A stretch of DNA of 64,000 nt from Convolutriloba macropyga (taxonomy: Eukaryota): positions 8,928,001-8,992,000 of the forward strand of contig NC_134476.1 of the NCBI RefSeq assembly GCF_964194025.1, in the 5' to 3' direction. A program made the translations under genes and the position numbers. Under the pieces are notes generated by a model. It had not been told where the DNA came from and searched no databases. It saw nothing but the letters and a program-made list of their open reading frames with translations. Within the stretch, counting starts at the first letter, position 1; the number at the start of each line of letters is the position of its first letter. Below are positions 60,213 through 64,000 of this stretch, piece after piece.

Positions 60213-63200
60213 GTGTCTTGTTTATTTCAAACATTTGATCAAATTCACATGTTTTCTCATGTGCGGGTACAAGACTTGTTTGCAATATTCAAAATGGAGT
60301 CGAAAGACCGACTTGTAAATACTGCTGGAAATTTCTGCTCTGATGTCGCAGAACCAATTTTTTTGTTAGGGCAATGGTTCCATTGGCTCTTTTAACTTTG
60401 GCATTAAAATGTTTGGCAAAGTCTAGTTAGTTGTTCATGCTGAGGCTCAAATCTTTTTCCGCGTTGGCTATTTTCAAATTAACGCCCTTTGGGGGCGTGC
60501 GCGCTGGTTGACAAAAATTTGGCGCTGGTGATTGGCAAATAGACGCATTTATTTTCGTGAAATTGCAATAGACCACTTTTCAAGTCCTTTGAGATCCTCT
60601 TATAGAATTGTTTCGTTTTCCATGGTGTCAATCCTACCGTAGAGCTTGGCGTTTGGCGAAGTGTAGAATGCCTGATTTGAGGTCCTCTCCAATAGTTTTT
60701 ATATGCATGATGAACAATATCGGCCCTAGAACGGAGCCAATTAAAACGTCACACCATAAGGAACTGCTCCCGTTGACTAAAACTCTCTGTTTCCTTCCAG
60801 TAGGGGAATCCTGGATCCTGTCGAATCTGTTTCCAGAGAAGACAATTGGTTTCTGTTTAGCGAGGATTTGTCGTTGAGGGACGCTGTCAAAACGCTTTTC
60901 TCAAGTCTAGGTAAATCACATCAGTGTCCTAACTTATGTCCATATTGTCAGTCCAATGGTCAATTGCGTTGAGGAGTTGGAGTTGTGTCTATTTGCCGGT
61001 TAAAAATCCAAACTACATTTTATCGAATCTTTGACTGTGGCTGAGATTTGACATAATTTCCTCACGGTTTTTTGTCCCCATAATCTTGCAGCTCGGTAAT
61101 TTCAGGCTTCTATGTCTGTAGTTTCCAAGGTTAGATCTTTTTCTTTTCTTGTACTTGTCCGATATTTCCGCCTCCTAGCAGTCATTTGGTATTTTGACTG
61201 TGTCTCACGAGCGCTGAAAATGATGAGACAGTGGTTCCTCAATGTAACCTCTGACTTCATTGCTTCTTTTCCCTTGTCTTTTGCAGTGGGTGTTCTGTCA
61301 AGTTTTTGCAGGGTTGTCGTTCCATCTTTGCTCAGAAGCCTCTTGTTTATGTGGCTCTAAAAGTTTTTGGGATTTTGTCCAGCTTCCAGCCACACCTCGA
61401 TGCCTTGGCGAATGGCCGCTGATCTGGTCAACTTCTTGACTTCTTTTCGATTTGGATATACATTTTGTGTGTGCCCCTCAACTTCTCTTTCAAATAGTTA
61501 TTCTACATCCTTTTCTTGCGTTGCAGTAGAGACGCACCATCTGGGTTCATAGAAAGCCGAAGTTTGCTGCCCTAACTATCGGCACGGAGCGTTCAATCAG
61601 TGTGAGCAATTCTGGTTTGAACAAACACCAACCAAGGTCCACATCAGTTTGGTTTGTAACTTGCAACTAATCCTGTATAAATGCTTCTCGCATTTCTAAA
61701 ATAGCGAGCTTTTTTAAAGTTTGGACTAGGCTTATTTGTTTCGTCATCGACCGATATCGCAAATTCGGCATTGATAAGTACATAATCGCTTTTGCCCAAA
61801 AGGGTTGCTATATTGGATGCTAATCGGAGGCCATGTTACATCACAGAGAAGGAGGTCTAGTAAAGAAAGTTGTGTTAGTTGTGTTACCCGAGTTTGCTCG
61901 TTGACATGTTGGCTGTTGTGGAAATCTCCAGGAAGCTGTTCTGCTTCGTATCCTCTTCAGCTGGCATGACTTCTTTGTCCCATTTTAGCTCCGGATAATT
62001 GAAGTCCCCTCAAATTATGAGCTTTCATGTGTCAGCTTTTTCATTCAAGGTGAATAACAGTCCATGTAAAACCCGTAATTCATCTCCGAGGAACTATGGC
62101 TTCGGTATATTTAATGCGAACACCAGTTTGTTTCCAAATATTTGAAAATTGGCAGCTTGCAAATCTGTGACAATGGATTTTATATCTATGAGTTCTTAAT
62201 CAGGTTTGGAGCGTTGGAACAAGCATCCCTCTACTTGAGTCGTTTGGGCTCATGCTCCTTCCTCAAGGCTGTAATCATCAACTTCGAGCCACAATTGGTT
62301 CCAGGGGACTTTGGCGATCTTCGGCTTTGCTTCTTGGATCGCAAATATATCTGGTTTGTGTTCCGCGTCGTATAAAGCGGTTTTCAGTTCCATATTTTTC
62401 ATCTTAATTTAGTGTGTCGGCATTAGAGATACAAAGCGTCAGTTGAGGTTTCAGCTTGCGTTTGCAGAGCCCTTTTTTATTTGACGCTGATGATTTGGTT
62501 GCCCCTCGCGAGGTTCACTCAAGATTTTTGCTCTCGGTATAAGCTTCCGGATTATATCTCTGTCCTTGAAGCTCTTGTCTGCGTGGATCTGTTGCTGTTC
62601 CAGTGAATCGTCCGCAGTAGTGGCTCTGTTGAGATTTTTCATGATGTCATTCACTTCCGTATCATTGCTGAAGGTAACTTGTATAGGTCTTGCTTGACCT
62701 GGGTTATCAATTCTTTTGGTTTTTCTACCCAGCCCCACTTGTTTCCTTACAGTTGTTTCAATTTCTCTATTTGAATCAAAACTTCTGGATTAGAACCTCA
62801 TCTTGTTTGAGTTGTTGTTCACTTGGGAGTTTCGGATCCTTGTTTGCTCTGACGATAATCCCGTTTTTTGCCTTTGCATTTCGTCTTCTTCTTCTCGTTT
62901 TTTTCTTCATTTCCCCACAAATAAGTTTCTCGAGCGGTTTAACCTATATATTTTTTGATCAGTTCACGCCGATCCACTTGACGTTGTCTCTTTTTCAGTT
63001 TGTTTATTAAAGAGGAGGCCCTGTCATGAATTTGTATAAGTCCTGCATAACTGTTTCTATCTTGCCCATGGTCGCATCAAAGTTTTTCTTCATTTGTTGG
63101 AGAAAGAATCACTATAAGTGTTTGCCTTCTCTGCAACGATCAGTTTTACCGTCTTGGTACAGTTAGCACTGCACAAAAGCACCGAAAACTGCGCCATATG

Positions 63201-63444
63201 TTGATATATTGCATCGCTCATTCCAAGACATTGAGCACTCAGGTGTTTTGCGCAGCGGTCTATCTTGTCTCTCTGACAGTTTATCAATTGTTCCATTAGG
63301 TCTATGTTGAAACATTGCGAAGTAGTTCCTCATTTCAGGCCAAATGCTTCTAACAACAGATGGCATCAGCTCTGGTCTCAATTTCCCGCTAAACTTGCTC
63401 TTATCTGTTTCAAATTTTTCCTTGAACAACGTCATTTTCGGCAC
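60213..63444 (-). mobile_element. CR1/L2-like LINE copy 2 (ORF1 with PHD-like finger, APE endonuclease, partial RT)
   Basis: ORF1 CQRDK.DRCAKHLSAQCLGMS...LCSANC and RLGRK...RPIQVTF; APE motifs GDFNYP, TRVT...SLLDLLL and GKSD; 60213-61260 aligns to 56190-57225. Confidence 0.85.
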
Positions 63445-64000
63445 GTTTTAATTCCTAATTCGGGAGTTTTAATTGAAAGTTCTAACAGTTTGATGTTTTC
63501 AAAGTATACAAGAGCCTCGTATTTGGCAGCAGCATACACATAACTCAAGGAAGCTCAAGCACAGCTCTTGAAAAACGACTTCTGTGCCAATTTGTCGACA
63601 GTAAACAAGAGCACTGAAGCGCTCTTTTTTTGTTCACAGGAACGTTACCAACTACGGTAGGCTGCAGGGTTTTTAGTTGTTTGACTTCTGTCTTGAGATC
63701 ATGTTAATGATCAGATTTTGCCAAACCATCAGGTCTCTCCTTTTGATCAGTTGACCTTTTTGAAAGACATTTATTTTATTTGAACCAGTTTTTCGGGTTT
63801 CTGCTGAAAGAGAATCCGGGAACCGACAAAACTTTTCCTAAAAACTGTTCTTTTTCATGAAAACAGGAGACTATTTACGGCATGGCGAAGCGAACTTGCA
63901 GCCAAAATGTAGACCTGGTCGGTAAATCTACAAATTTCATACCTGCTAAAACGCTTAAACACTGATTACTTCTCAAAATATTTTGCAGTCATTCCCTAGG

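Overview
AT-rich, repeat-dense eukaryotic (animal-like) genomic DNA with two assembly gaps (15269-15524, 55561-55693); not prokaryotic, no CRISPR, no rRNA. Three spliced genes lie on the minus strand and are largely invisible in the ORF track. (A) An uncharacterised gene with 10 phase-compatible GT-AG exons runs from an ATG at 23372 off the left edge (at least 275 aa, with degenerate EF-hand-like segments). (B) A small micro-exon gene (27195-34908, 5' end unresolved) has a PH-domain-like C-terminus and a 40-nt intron. (C) A three-coding-exon DHRS7B-like short-chain dehydrogenase (317 aa, 45981-52909) has its first coding exon copied, by a ~1.97-kb tandem duplication, into a frameshifted pseudo-exon inside intron 1. 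Introns and intergenic DNA are filled with at least three families of DINE-1/HINE-like (Helentron-type) non-autonomous elements, all in the same orientation. They also contain foldback/MITE elements and decayed CR1/L2-like LINEs, CRE-like RLE retrotransposons, Penelope GIY-YIG elements with hammerhead-like motifs, and a possible gypsy remnant. Exon models and family calls are by-eye inferences and need RNA-seq and HMM confirmation.
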